The notes: a model not told the origin generated them from the sequence alone. Positions 1 through 9,400 are shown, counted from the stretch's first letter. The stretch is DNA of 32,000 nt from Lachnospiraceae bacterium (GCA_910575155.1 CAJTDX010000025.1:2111-34110); one strand, 5' to 3'. Numbers and translations: made by a program.

Positions 1-708
1 ATAATAAGTAGCCTGCTTTTTAGAAATAATATCATAAGCGCTGTTTTTTACATCTTCCGCAATCTCCCGCATTGCTTCCTCATGGTTGAAATGTCCACGC
101 ATCTCACAAAAATCATTCAATGGAATACCAGATATATTCGTGCTGCTCCATGCTGCAATCTCACTATCCCCATGTTCGCCAATGATAAAGGAATGAATGC
201 TACGGCTGTCTACCCCTAAATGTTTACTAAGCGCATATTTTAGCCTTGCGGTATCAAGAACCGTTCCGGAACCAATTACTCTTTTTTCAGGAAACCCGCT
301 CAGCTTTACAGCAGCATAAGTAAGAATATCAACCGGATTTGATACAATCAGCAATATTCCTTTAAAATTGCGCTTTGCAATTTCAGGAATGATGCTTTTG
401 TAGATAGCAACATTTTTATGTACTAAATCGAGCCTTGTTTCATTCGGCTTCTGGTTTGCCCCGGCAGTCACAATGACAATAGAAGCATCCATCAGGTCAT
501 CATAGCCTCCTGCATAAATCTTCATCTGTCCGGCAAACGGAACGCCATGCGAAATGTCCTTTGCTTCTCCGTCTGCTTTATCATAATTTGCATCAAGAAG
601 CACCATTTCAGTGAACAGCCTGCTCTGCATCAGTGTAAATGCTGTTGCAGCGCCTACAAATCCACAGCCGATGACTGCTGCTTTTCTTGGGTTAATTGTT
701 TTTATCAT
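1..708 (-). CDS. ldh: L-lactate dehydrogenase, partial (C-terminus lies beyond the window start)
   Basis: Absent from the ORF track because it runs off the edge. My reverse translation from the ATG (complement of 706-708) reads MIKTINPRKAAVIGCGFVGAATAF...VTAGANQKPNETRLDL...SNPVDILT...IGEHGDSE. This shows a Rossmann GxGxxG and the LDH catalytic-His motif IGEHGDS. RBS GGAGGAATAG is the complement of 711-720. Confidence 0.9.
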   Translation of the reverse strand, partial: MIKTINPRKAAVIGCGFVGAATAFTLMQSRLFTEMVLLDANYDKADGEAKDISHGVPFAGQMKIYAGGYDDLMDASIVIVTAGANQKPNETRLDLVHKNVAIYKSIIPEIAKRNFKGILLIVSNPVDILTYAAVKLSGFPEKRVIGSGTVLDTARLKYALSKHLGVDSRSIHSFIIGEHGDSEIAAWSSTNISGIPLNDFCEMRGHFNHEEAMREIAEDVKNSAYDIISKKQATYY

Positions 709-710
709 CT

Positions 711-899
711 CTATTCCTCCCATTCAATAGCGGAAACAGGACAGGAACGAACGGTATCCTGTACCATGCTTTCGTTTTCCGGTGCAGAGTCCTGATACCC
801 CTCCGCCTTATCATCGTCATTCATACGGAATACATCAGGTGCCATCCCAACACACAGCCCGCATCCAATACAAGCATTCTGATCTACATTCACCCTCAT
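711..899 (-). CDS. small 4Fe-4S ferredoxin
   Basis: 62 aa with CIGCGLC...CP cluster-binding cysteines and an acidic composition. It is tightly packed between the cupin gene and ldh. Confidence 0.8.
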   Translation of the reverse strand: MRVNVDQNACIGCGLCVGMAPDVFRMNDDDKAEGYQDSAPENESMVQDTVRSCPVSAIEWEE

Positions 900-916
900 G
901 CCGCATCCCCCTTTCG

Positions 917-1246
917 CTAAAATACAACAACCAGCAACATTTTAAACTGCTCTTTACCCAAGACCGCATGAGGGTGTTTTGCGGGCATTACGATAGATTC
1001 TCCCTCATGCAGTTCATACTTTTTGTCATCAATCGTAATCTCGCCAACGCCATCCAAACAAATCACAAAGGCATCACCACTGGACTCATGGCTGCTGATT
1101 TCTTCTCCCTTGTCAAAAGAAAACAATGTGACACTCAGCGCATTATTTTGTGCTAAAGTCCTGCTTACAACCTGATTGCTTTGGTAAGCAACCTGTTCTT
1201 TTAAAACTAAAATTTCTGCCTTGTCTATATTTTTTATTTTTTCCAT
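917..1246 (-). CDS. cupin domain protein
   Basis: 109 aa. The pattern G(E)EISSHESSGDAFV..LDG...HEGESIVMPAKHPHAV is typical of single-domain cupins. Confidence 0.7.
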   Translation of the reverse strand: MEKIKNIDKAEILVLKEQVAYQSNQVVSRTLAQNNALSVTLFSFDKGEEISSHESSGDAFVICLDGVGEITIDDKKYELHEGESIVMPAKHPHAVLGKEQFKMLLVVVF

Positions 1247-1291
1247 ACTGTTCGTTTGCTCCTTCCCTCAGCCTGATTTTTAACCACCCGT

Positions 1292-1528
1292 TCAAGATGT
1301 TTCTGTTTTCACCTCAAACCCATGTTTCTCAAAAGTTTCAAAAACTTTGTCCACAGGAATATTTTTTATGGCAGCTCCATTTGGTATCGTCATTACCTTA
1401 CCCATTACAGCTAAAGACATAGGCTTTATAATTTCCTTAAACCCTGCTTCTGCCAATACCTCTTTTATTTCAGGATTTTCACTTACCAGCTCTGAAACTG
1501 TTTTTGTGAAATCAACAACTTTACCCAT
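1292..1528 (-). CDS. DUF1858-like small protein
   Basis: 78 aa. Its size and pattern (ENPEIKEVLAEAGF...) resemble the DUF1858 fold without the CxxC. It lies in the same operon as the hemerythrin gene. Confidence 0.5.
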   Translation of the reverse strand: MGKVVDFTKTVSELVSENPEIKEVLAEAGFKEIIKPMSLAVMGKVMTIPNGAAIKNIPVDKVFETFEKHGFEVKTETS

Positions 1529-1532
1529 TCGC

Positions 1533-2078
1533 CTATCTCCTTTTTTCTAACCATGTAATATATTTCTCCTGTATGCCGTCCTGTTCCGCTTTTTTCTCAA
1601 ACGCTCTTGTCTGTTCATCAATCTGCGCTTTGCATTCCTCTGACAGTGTTCGTAATGCATAAGTGTAGCAGACGGTATCTTCTTTCTCAATGTGACGCTG
1701 CAATAAATCCACATAACCCGATGCATGGGTGACGATATCCAGCTTTCCTTCTGTAGTCGGAACACTGGCATACTGCTTAACTGCGTTCTCCAATTCCCCG
1801 ATATGGAATCTTCCGAAGTCATGTTCCACCAGCATTCCATTGCGCACCAGTTTTTCTGCAACAGGATCGGAATTATTAAGCATAAACCGAAACAATATCT
1901 GTTCTTCCTTTCCATGATGATGCTTGTCTGCATAAGTTCTTGCAAAATCAATACACTCCAGAAACTCCTGAACATCAATGTCTGCCCCCTCAATCACAGC
2001 ACAGCAGGTTCTCCTTAAATGCTTAGTCAGTGCTACGATATTCCCATGTTCTTTCATCAGTAAATCAATTCCATACAT
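1533..2078 (-). CDS. hemerythrin-like domain protein
   Basis: 181 aa. LMKEHGNI...ADKHHHGKEE...VEHDFGR...IEKED are His/Glu/Asp-rich helices typical of hemerythrin HHE cation-binding domains. Confidence 0.65.
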   Translation of the reverse strand: MYGIDLLMKEHGNIVALTKHLRRTCCAVIEGADIDVQEFLECIDFARTYADKHHHGKEEQILFRFMLNNSDPVAEKLVRNGMLVEHDFGRFHIGELENAVKQYASVPTTEGKLDIVTHASGYVDLLQRHIEKEDTVCYTYALRTLSEECKAQIDEQTRAFEKKAEQDGIQEKYITWLEKRR

Positions 2079-2081
2079 TAT

Positions 2082-2693
2082 TTATCCCTCCTTAATCAAT
2101 GTGAATGTCTGATTTCCTAAATATTTGTAGGAAAAACCGCTGCCCTCCAAAATACCTGCGACCAGCCTCTCCTTCAGGTCATAATAATGACTGACATCTC
2201 CTTGTAATGCATCCCAATATGGCAAATGTATATCCACAGTCTGTTTCCATACTACTGCCTCCTGACTTATGGAAACCACAGTATTAGCCCTGTCACAAGG
2301 CATTCCGTTCAATAGCAGATTATCTAAATGCCTATAAACTTCTTCTGCGCTTGTTTTCCCCGACAGTTTCCTGCTCCGTCCATACTCATATGCAGCATTC
2401 GCAATATCCGGCATACATTCAGAATGGGCATCCATCGTTGAGATGACCAGAAAAGCAAGGCGGTTTTCAGCGGCAGCGATTTTATCCTGTAACCAGCCAT
2501 GTATATTACTGTTATCAATCATATTTTCAAGACTGCCTTTCTCCACCGCCCCATACTTTTGTTCCATTTCGGAAAGAATGCCATCATCATACCCGTTTTT
2601 GCTTATCATATCTGATAATCTTTCAACTAGCCCGTTTTGGAACTCTATTTTTCCGTATAGCCAGTGATGAATCGAACCTAAAAATGCGCTCAT
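2082..2693 (-). CDS. hypothetical protein (family not recognised)
   Basis: 203-aa ORF in an operon context, 3 nt from the next gene. The overlapping ORFs are short alternate-frame ones. Confidence 0.5.
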   Translation of the reverse strand: MSAFLGSIHHWLYGKIEFQNGLVERLSDMISKNGYDDGILSEMEQKYGAVEKGSLENMIDNSNIHGWLQDKIAAAENRLAFLVISTMDAHSECMPDIANAAYEYGRSRKLSGKTSAEEVYRHLDNLLLNGMPCDRANTVVSISQEAVVWKQTVDIHLPYWDALQGDVSHYYDLKERLVAGILEGSGFSYKYLGNQTFTLIKEG

Positions 2694-2703
2694 TGCACTC
2701 CTC

Positions 2704-2889
2704 CTATGAATTCAGCTTTTTCAAGAGTTCATCGGCATCCAGCCCATGCACCATGCAGGCATCCGCAAGGCTCTCCATCTGTGAGGACGGGCACCCTAAA
2801 CAGTGCATCCCCATCTGCATCAACACCTCTGCCGCCTCCGGTTTGGTTCTTAAAATTTCTCCAAGTAACATTTCCTTTGTGATTGCCAT
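2704..2889 (-). CDS. DUF1858 / hybrid-cluster-protein-associated redox disulfide protein
   Basis: 61 aa with the MGMHCLGCPSS CxxC motif and the ending ...HGLDADELLKKLN, which I recall for this family. Confidence 0.7.
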   Translation of the reverse strand: MAITKEMLLGEILRTKPEAAEVLMQMGMHCLGCPSSQMESLADACMVHGLDADELLKKLNS

Positions 2890-2917
2890 ATTATTTTCCT
2901 CCTATCTTTCTTTCCTG

Positions 2918-3607
2918 TTACAACACTTGCACTTCCTGATTTTTTTCGCCAAACTTTTCTTTTATCTCGGTGCAGATTTCTTCCCTGCTTATGCCTCTTT
3001 GTTCCTGCGTCTTAATCATCTTATACGCTTGAAAAAGCGGTGAAGGTCCAATTTCCGAGCTGAAAAATCCGATCCCCTGATTCCATGCCAAAAGTTCAAA
3101 CACATCATCCAGCGCTGCGGATTCAAGACCATAGATATATGCCTTTACCAGTTCCCGCACAGCCTGCCTCATTCTTCCTGCGCCAACTGCATTTGTCAGG
3201 GAAAGAAGCAGACGCATTTCATAGGGGAGAGTGCGCTTCTCACTCTGCCATGTTGCCTGCCAAAAATCCGCCGCGATACGCCCTAAGTCCTCATCAATCA
3301 TAGGATAATTCAGCAATGCAAGCGGACGGTATGGTGCAGAGCCTTCCGGCTCTTTTTCCTCTGTCCGGTAAAACCAGACATGAAACTCATTTTCTGCCAG
3401 CTTCTCTGTATGATGTATATACCCCAGCATATCCATCTCCTTATATAGCGGGTAAGGTTCAAAAGTCTGTATGACCTCAATTCCCTCCCCGGCTTTTAGC
3501 GTCATGGCACGTCTTTGTAAGCCGGGAAAGAAATTTCCCTGCACATGGCGTACATCCACTTTGAAGAAGTCTTTCTTTTTATCCTTCCATTCCTCGTACT
3601 TTATCAT
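2918..3607 (-). CDS. DUF2249-like N-terminal domain fused to a carboxymuconolactone decarboxylase (AhpD-like) family domain
   Basis: 229 aa. N-terminus reads VDVRHVQGNFFPGL...LKAGEGIEVIQTFEP. C-terminus reads LLLSLTNAVGAGRMRQAVRELVKAY. First gene of the minus-strand operon. Confidence 0.5.
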   Translation of the reverse strand: MIKYEEWKDKKKDFFKVDVRHVQGNFFPGLQRRAMTLKAGEGIEVIQTFEPYPLYKEMDMLGYIHHTEKLAENEFHVWFYRTEEKEPEGSAPYRPLALLNYPMIDEDLGRIAADFWQATWQSEKRTLPYEMRLLLSLTNAVGAGRMRQAVRELVKAYIYGLESAALDDVFELLAWNQGIGFFSSEIGPSPLFQAYKMIKTQEQRGISREEICTEIKEKFGEKNQEVQVL

Positions 3608-3672
3608 GATATCCTCCTTTATTTATTTTCTTGCTTTGGTGATTACATTATAGTAAAATAAGCAGAGCAAGT

Positions 3673-4377
3673 ATGTTTGAATTCAAACAAAGAGGTGAGA
3701 TTTTGGAAAAATTTTTAAACGTATTAAAAAAATGCCCGCTGTTTGCAGGATTATCCGATGACGAGATTTTAACCTCGCTAAAGTGTATCGGAGCAAAAGT
3801 CAGAAAAAACGCCAAAAATCAATACATCCTTCAGGCAGGAGATTGTACGGACTGTATCAGCCTGCTTGCGTCTGGGACTGCTTTAGTCATTCAGGAAGAT
3901 TTATGGGGAAACCGGAACGTTATGACAAATCTTATGCCGGGCGACTACTTTGCCGAACCCTTTGCCGCCATTCCTGATGCAGTTCTCAGCGTCAGTGTTT
4001 TTGCGACAGAAAATTGTGAAATTGTGGAAATAAATATGAACCGCCTGATTACCATGTGTTCCGCTGCCTGCAGCCATCATAACCGCCTGATTAAAAACCT
4101 GATTACAGCTTTTGCCCAAAAGACCCTGTTGTTTAACGAGAAGATAACGCACATGAGCAAGCGAAAAACACGTGATAAGCTGCTTTCCTATTTATCTGCT
4201 GAAGCAGCCAGACAAGGATCACTTTCTTTTGACATTCCCTTTGACCGCCAGCAGCTTGCCGACTTCCTCTGTGTAGAACGTGCAGCAATGTCTGTAGAAT
4301 TATCAAAGCTGCAAAAAGAAGGGCTTCTGAAAACCTTTCATTCTCATTTTGAATTAAGTCCAAATGCCACAAATTAA
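3673..4377 (+). CDS. Crp/Fnr family transcriptional regulator
   Basis: 234 aa. N-terminal cNMP-binding-like beta-barrel (CPLFAGLSDDEI...GDYFAEPF). C-terminal HTH (RQQLADFLCVERAAMSVELSKLQKEGLL). Divergent from the redox operon. Confidence 0.85.
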   Translation: MFEFKQRGEILEKFLNVLKKCPLFAGLSDDEILTSLKCIGAKVRKNAKNQYILQAGDCTDCISLLASGTALVIQEDLWGNRNVMTNLMPGDYFAEPFAAIPDAVLSVSVFATENCEIVEINMNRLITMCSAACSHHNRLIKNLITAFAQKTLLFNEKITHMSKRKTRDKLLSYLSAEAARQGSLSFDIPFDRQQLADFLCVERAAMSVELSKLQKEGLLKTFHSHFELSPNATN

Positions 4378-4378
4378 A

Positions 4379-4414
4379 ACAGGTCAATCTATACATAGCA
4401 GATTGACCTGTTTA
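4379..4414. terminator. bidirectional intrinsic terminator between convergent genes
   Basis: Perfect 12-bp stem acaggtcaatct (4379-4390) / agattgacctgt (4400-4411) with a 9-nt loop. T-run follows on the + strand and an A-run precedes it. Confidence 0.65.
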
Positions 4415-4437
4415 CAAAATACATATTTGTTATCAAA

Positions 4438-4941
4438 TCAGCGGTTGCCTTCTGCAATCCCATAAACGGATTGCAGAAGCATTTTTCCAGATGATGTCTT
4501 AAAAACACAATCTATAACATTTCTGATATTGGCTTCCTGATATCCGGATTCGTCAGCATTAACCAAATAATCAGCTTCCAGCAAAATCTGGTAATCAATC
4601 CCGTCAACCTCCTGAAAAGTATGATGATGTGCGACCAAAAAGATGATACGGTTCACCATCTCGTTCGACAGCCCTGTACCCTTCAGGAATTCTTCAGCTA
4701 ATACAGCGCCTTCTTTTTCCTGAAGTTTTCCATTTGTATTTCCGTATTTTTCCCGGCACAAAGGACACGCAATATCATGTATAATAGCCGCAATTTCTAT
4801 TATTCTCTGTTCATCATCCGCTACTTTCTCACACTCTGCAATCGTTTTTGCATAGGCATACACTTTCATAAAATGATTGATATCATGAAGATTTCCTTTT
4901 GAATACTTTACCATTTTAACCATGATTTCTGAAACAGTCAT
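4438..4941 (-). CDS. HD domain phosphohydrolase
   Basis: 167 aa with H...HD (AAIIHDIA) and VAHHH motifs. Confidence 0.8.
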   Translation of the reverse strand: MTVSEIMVKMVKYSKGNLHDINHFMKVYAYAKTIAECEKVADDEQRIIEIAAIIHDIACPLCREKYGNTNGKLQEKEGAVLAEEFLKGTGLSNEMVNRIIFLVAHHHTFQEVDGIDYQILLEADYLVNADESGYQEANIRNVIDCVFKTSSGKMLLQSVYGIAEGNR

Positions 4942-5025
4942 ATCATTTCCTCCTGTTATCTATACATCGTCTATAACCAATAGTCCACAAACTTACCAGT
5001 CACATCGTACAATTAAAAGCCAACC

Positions 5026-5307
5026 TTATGGCGAATCGTCATCCAAAACATCAATCCGTTCTATTTTAAAGACATTTAATGTGTCCACATCAGGGCAGGC
5101 AAAAACCGCTGTCCCCTTCTCCTGTTCGGGTATTTCGCCGCCGTATCTTAAAATATCAATATATGGAAATGCAACATGCATAGCCATAGGACAGAGTTTT
5201 CCACGCTCTGTATCAAAATCAAAACTATCACCTATTTTGTGACCCCTATGACATCCTTTCGTGCCTTTTTGATCAATCAATGTGATCTGGATTCCAGGTT
5301 TTTTCAT
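5026..5307 (-). CDS. small Cys/His protein, TIGR04076-like
   Basis: 93 aa with GCHRGHKIGDSF...CPMAMH...ACPD. The family call is from memory. Its ATG overlaps the pdxK stop (ATGA at 5304-5307). Confidence 0.45.
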   Translation of the reverse strand: MKKPGIQITLIDQKGTKGCHRGHKIGDSFDFDTERGKLCPMAMHVAFPYIDILRYGGEIPEQEKGTAVFACPDVDTLNVFKIERIDVLDDDSP

Positions 5308-6131
5308 ATTTTAAGCACCTCCAACTCCTTCTCAATCGGTATTCCCTTATATATATCTGTATTGTTTCTATTGTTTTCAATCAGGCTGCTCACAGTGTCC
5401 ATGGCTTTTTTTGTACTGTCATACAGGCTGTTTCCCTCCATCAGTTTTCCCAATAAAACGGAAGAAAAAATATCGCCCGTACCCGGAAACCTGACCGGAA
5501 TGTTATAAAAAGGAATTGTAAATCTTTGTTTCGTTTTATGATCGAAGCCTGCAACCACATCTTTGCCATCCTGCTGAATGCTTGTGATGATTACCGATTT
5601 TGCGCCCATATTACCAAGCCTTTGAATCATTTCATCTACCTCCGAGATTGTTGCAGATTCATGATACTCCACTCCTGTAAGTCTGGCCGCTTCAGTATAA
5701 TTTGGTACAATATAATCGGCTACTCCTACCAGTTTCTTCATATGTGCAACCGTTTGCTCTGTAACTCCATTGTACAGGGTTCCTTCATCTCCCATAATTG
5801 GATCAACAAATATCAGGGTTCCTTTCATGCTTTCCTTTCGACAAAATTCTTCTATGATTTTTACCTGCTCCTCTGAAACAATAAAGCCTGTCGCTATCAC
5901 ATCAAAGCAGAATCCCAATTCCTCCCATACTTTAATAGTGTTCTTCATATAATCTGTTGTTTCAAGAATATCGAATTTGCCATAATCCAACGTATTTGAT
6001 ACTAACGCAGTGGGAAGATTATATATTTGGTACCCCATATATGACATCAATGGAAGCATGACCGATAATGCCACCTTTCCATATCCTGCCAGATCATTTA
6101 TCAACAATACTTGCTTGCCCATTTTCATCAT
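5304..6131 (-). CDS. pdxK: pyridoxal/pyridoxamine kinase (ribokinase superfamily)
   Basis: 275 aa. Shows INDLAGYGKVAL, VDPIMGDEG and the GTGDIFSS anion-hole motif. Confidence 0.8.
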   Translation of the reverse strand: MMKMGKQVLLINDLAGYGKVALSVMLPLMSYMGYQIYNLPTALVSNTLDYGKFDILETTDYMKNTIKVWEELGFCFDVIATGFIVSEEQVKIIEEFCRKESMKGTLIFVDPIMGDEGTLYNGVTEQTVAHMKKLVGVADYIVPNYTEAARLTGVEYHESATISEVDEMIQRLGNMGAKSVIITSIQQDGKDVVAGFDHKTKQRFTIPFYNIPVRFPGTGDIFSSVLLGKLMEGNSLYDSTKKAMDTVSSLIENNRNNTDIYKGIPIEKELEVLKI

Positions 6132-6315
6132 GCCTTTCAGTTAATTCAATTCATCTATAATGAAATAATTATATACAGGGAGCAGGTTTTCGTCAAGATT
6201 TGTGTATACAAGCACCAATATATACATTAAATATCCGCCACACTCCGGAATTTTATGGATTTCTGTTACGTGACTGCTTTTATTGACTTTACCCATTTCA
6301 CTCAATCCGAAATTC

Positions 6316-6579
6316 TTATCCCCTGTTCTGCAACTCCCGTAAATGTCTAAGCTGAGCTTCGCTTAATGTTCTCGGTTTCCCAATCCTGACAAGATTTTTG
6401 GGTAAAACATAGGTCTTACTTACTTCCGTCCATGACTTTAACCTTATTACCTCTGGAAACTCTTTACATAGCTTATCCATTTTCCGTATCCATGCCAGAT
6501 TAGCTGTGTAAATTGTTGCTTCGCTTTCATCTGCATTAAAGTTGATAACAACCTCCTGCTCATATCTTGATAATTTCAT
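6316..6579 (-). CDS. conserved hypothetical protein, mobile-element associated (recalled from Clostridia ICE ends)
   Basis: The track ORF is 6316-6621. I prefer the internal ATG at 6579 (MKLSRYEQEVVINF...) because GGAGAAAGGAG lies 6 nt upstream. Confidence 0.5.
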   Translation of the reverse strand: MKLSRYEQEVVINFNADESEATIYTANLAWIRKMDKLCKEFPEVIRLKSWTEVSKTYVLPKNLVRIGKPRTLSEAQLRHLRELQNRG

Positions 6580-6951
6580 TCCATGCTCCTTTCTCCAGTA
6601 CCGAAACTGGCACCAATCCAATTTAACGGTACCAAATAAATATACTCAATCTTGGGCGGTTTTCTATCATTGCTGTTTTCCCCTTGCTGTTTCCTGACAG
6701 GCAACCCTTGTCGGCACTGTGTCGTCCAATATTGGCGCTCAAATTTTCTTAAAATTGGTCTTGGCGGTTTATATCAGCTTGGACAGTCATTCAGTTGTAC
6801 TGTCATTATCCAACAAAACGCCCTGCTTTCCCGTATATCCACCATGTCAGAAATCTTCCAAAAAACAGATTTTTTCTATCATGCTGGAAATTTTCGGTAG
6901 GAATCCGCCTGTTTGTGTGATATTCTGTTTTCGTAAAGGAGAGATTTATCT

Positions 6952-7773
6952 ATGAAAACGCAATTAAGCATACAGGAACGCCTGAAAGACCTGCGTGTAG
7001 AAAAGGGAATGACTTTAGAACAACTGTCACAGCAGACAAAAATTCCTGCTTCCACGCTTGGCTCTTATGAATCTGATGATTATAAAGAAATACCCCATAG
7101 GAACATCATCGAATTAGCAAAATTCTATGAAGTATCAACGGATTATCTGCTTGGTATGACTGAAAACAGACAGCTTGACAACATTGCCCTGTCCAATCTG
7201 CACCTGAGTGACGCTGCCCTGACACTTCTCAAAGACCGCAAAATCAACACACTGCTCCTGTCAGAGCTTATCACTCATGAACAGTTCCGAAAACTCATGC
7301 TTGACTTGGAGATATATGTTGACGGTCTTGCTGATATGCAGATCAAATCACTTAATTTTGTGGTGGACACAAGCAGAAAGGCACTGATGAAGCGGCACAA
7401 TCCTGATGAATACAACCTGCAATTAAACACGCTGAAAGCACAGCACCTTGAACTGAATGAATACTTTTCCCATGTGATTGATGACGATATGCACGCCATT
7501 ATCAAAGACATCAGGAATGCCCATAAAGGCGATATTGATTCTGCCCCTCCTAAGACCATAACCGAACATTGGGAAGAAATTCTTGAAAAAGCTGAAAACT
7601 TTGCAGGCACTTCCAAACAGAAACTTGCTTACATATTCACCCAATTTCTAAAGATTAAACCAACCGAAAAGAATATTGATGATATGGCAGATATGCTTGG
7701 ACAGTCTGAAATCTTAGAACCTGATGCAAAAAAACGCCGGAACAGTACGAAAAGGAAACAGTCTAAGGACTAA
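6952..7773 (+). CDS. XRE-family HTH regulator with a ~200-aa uncharacterised C-terminal domain
   Basis: 273 aa. N-terminal LKDLRVEKGMTLEQLSQQTKIPASTLGSYES is a Cro/C1 HTH. RBS AAGGAGAG lies 8 nt upstream. Confidence 0.8.
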   Translation: MKTQLSIQERLKDLRVEKGMTLEQLSQQTKIPASTLGSYESDDYKEIPHRNIIELAKFYEVSTDYLLGMTENRQLDNIALSNLHLSDAALTLLKDRKINTLLLSELITHEQFRKLMLDLEIYVDGLADMQIKSLNFVVDTSRKALMKRHNPDEYNLQLNTLKAQHLELNEYFSHVIDDDMHAIIKDIRNAHKGDIDSAPPKTITEHWEEILEKAENFAGTSKQKLAYIFTQFLKIKPTEKNIDDMADMLGQSEILEPDAKKRRNSTKRKQSKD

Positions 7774-7836
7774 ATAACTGCAAAACAAAAGGAACTGCAT
7801 CTATCCGCAATTCCCTGTTACTGTAACCATATTTTA

Positions 7837-7980
7837 TTATTCCTCTGTCTTAACCAGCTCCACCACATCATTCAAATTGCAATCCAGCGCATCACAAATC
7901 CGTATTAGTGAGTCCATAGAGATGTGCTGCCCCTTGTTCATGTTGGCAAGTACATTTGTGGTAAACGAAATGTATGCCGC
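7837..7980 (-). pseudogene. 3' fragment of a small Cro/C1-type HTH gene (N-terminal helices missing)
   Basis: My reverse translation gives AAYISFTTNVLANMNKGQHISMDSLIRICDALDCNLNDVVELVKTEE*, with the stop as complement of 7837-7839. It matches the C-terminal two-thirds of the common ~66-aa Clostridial HTH proteins. Upstream it runs into antisense recombinase sequence. Confidence 0.6.
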
Positions 7981-9400
7981 AGACATATCAGTCAAGATAA
8001 AATCGGCGTACCGTGCGAGGTTCCAGCAGGGGAAATTTATGGGGACATATGCGCCCTATGGGTATATCAAAGACCCTGCCGACCACAACCGTCTGCTGAT
8101 AGATGATAAAGTGGCTCATGTGGTAAGGGAAATATTTGACCTTGCGTTAGCGGGGAATGGAATTGAAAAAATCCGTAAACATCTCAATAAGCAGCATATC
8201 TTATGCCCCGCCGCTTTTTCGGTTTCGCAAGGGGAGACAGGATATGAAAGGCATTTTAAGGGGGACGAGGACAGACGCTATTTCTGGAGCAACAACAGCG
8301 TAAGGAATATCCTAAGAAGCCCCGTCTATGCAGGGAACCTTGTCGGTTACAGGCGGGTTGCCGTCAGCATGAAAAGCAAGAAAAAACTGTATAGGCTGCC
8401 CGAAGAATGGGAAGTGATACCGAACACCCATGAGGGCATAATCACACAGGCGGAGTTTGACACCGTACAGCAGCTTATGACGAGCCGTAGGCGGGAACAG
8501 AACGCAGGGGGATTTGAAAATATATTTGCAGGCGTTATCAAATGTGCGGACTGCGGATATGCCATGCGGGCGATGAGCGCAAACAGGAGGAAACGCCCCG
8601 ACATTATCGACTGCGTACAATACAACTGCAACAATTATGGCAGGTATGGCAATACAATATGTACCGCACACAGCGTGGAAGCGAGGGACTTGTTTAACGC
8701 CGTCCTTGCCGACATCAACCGCTTTGCGAATATGGCGGTAAATGATGAAAAGGCGGTAAGAGCCATAGAAAAGCGGCTCACGGAAACAGACCAGAGCAGA
8801 GCGAAAGCATTGGAGAAAGAACGGAAGAAGCTGAACAAACGCCTTGCGGAGCTTGACAGGCTGTTTTCCTCTCTTTATGAGGATAAGGTCATGGGGCGTA
8901 TCACCGAGCGGAATTTTGAGATGATGTCGGGGAAATACCAAAAAGAGCAGCTTGAAACCGAATCAAGGCTGAAAGATGTAACGGAAACGCTCAACGAAAG
9001 CTATGAGAAATCGCAGGGAATCCGTGACTTCCTCTCCCTTATCCGCAACTATCAAGGCATTAAGGAACTGGACGCAACGATTGTAAATGCGCTGATAGAC
9101 AAGATATTTGTTTCGGAGCGTGAGAAGATGGCAGACGGAACAGTGAAACAGAAAATAAAGATTTGCTATAAATTCATCGGCTTTGTCGATGAATTACATA
9201 TCACACCTACAAAGCGGTGGACAGCGTTACCCGCTAAACATTGTACGGTATGTGGCATTGAATACGTCCCCGGCTCTGCCATATCAAAGTATTGCCCTGT
9301 TTGTGCCAGAAAAGTAAGGCTGGAAAGGTCAAATGAGAGCAGACGCAGGAGCAGAGAACAGAAAAAGATGTTATGTATTGAACTGTCCGCAAAAAATGAC
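7964..9400 (+). pseudogene. large serine recombinase lacking the N-terminal resolvase catalytic domain
   Basis: Homology starts at NEMYAADISVKIKSAYRARFQQGKFMGTYAPYGY, the linker after the catalytic domain. It continues through the recombinase domain, a zinc ribbon (CADCGYAM...CNNYGRYGNTICTAH), a coiled coil and a C-terminal CTVCG..CPVC ribbon. No Ser-catalytic domain lies upstream. The tail of track ORF 7877-9481 is out-of-frame helicase sequence. Confidence 0.75.

Noticed and set aside
547-1156. Plus-strand ORFs 547-795, 696-920 and 782-1156
   Set aside because: They are antisense to ldh, ferredoxin and cupin, which have clear motifs. The plus-strand translations are Cys/His/Ser-rich with no recognisable motif.
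3608-3672. Search for a Crp/Fnr-type palindrome (TTGAT-N4-ATCAA-like) in the divergent promoter region
   Set aside because: I could not find a convincing inverted repeat by eye, so no site is reported.
6652-6955. Plus-strand ORFs 6652-6900 and 6719-6955 in the divergent intergenic region
   Set aside because: They have no RBS, poor composition and overlap each other. The region is better explained as regulatory DNA.
7877-7963. TTG-initiated N-terminal extension of track ORF 7877-9481 (MQSSASQIRISESIEMCCPLFMLASTFVV)
   Set aside because: This stretch is the antisense of a clearly recognisable HTH coding fragment. It has no resolvase-like sequence, so the long ORF is a chance-open fusion rather than an intact gene.
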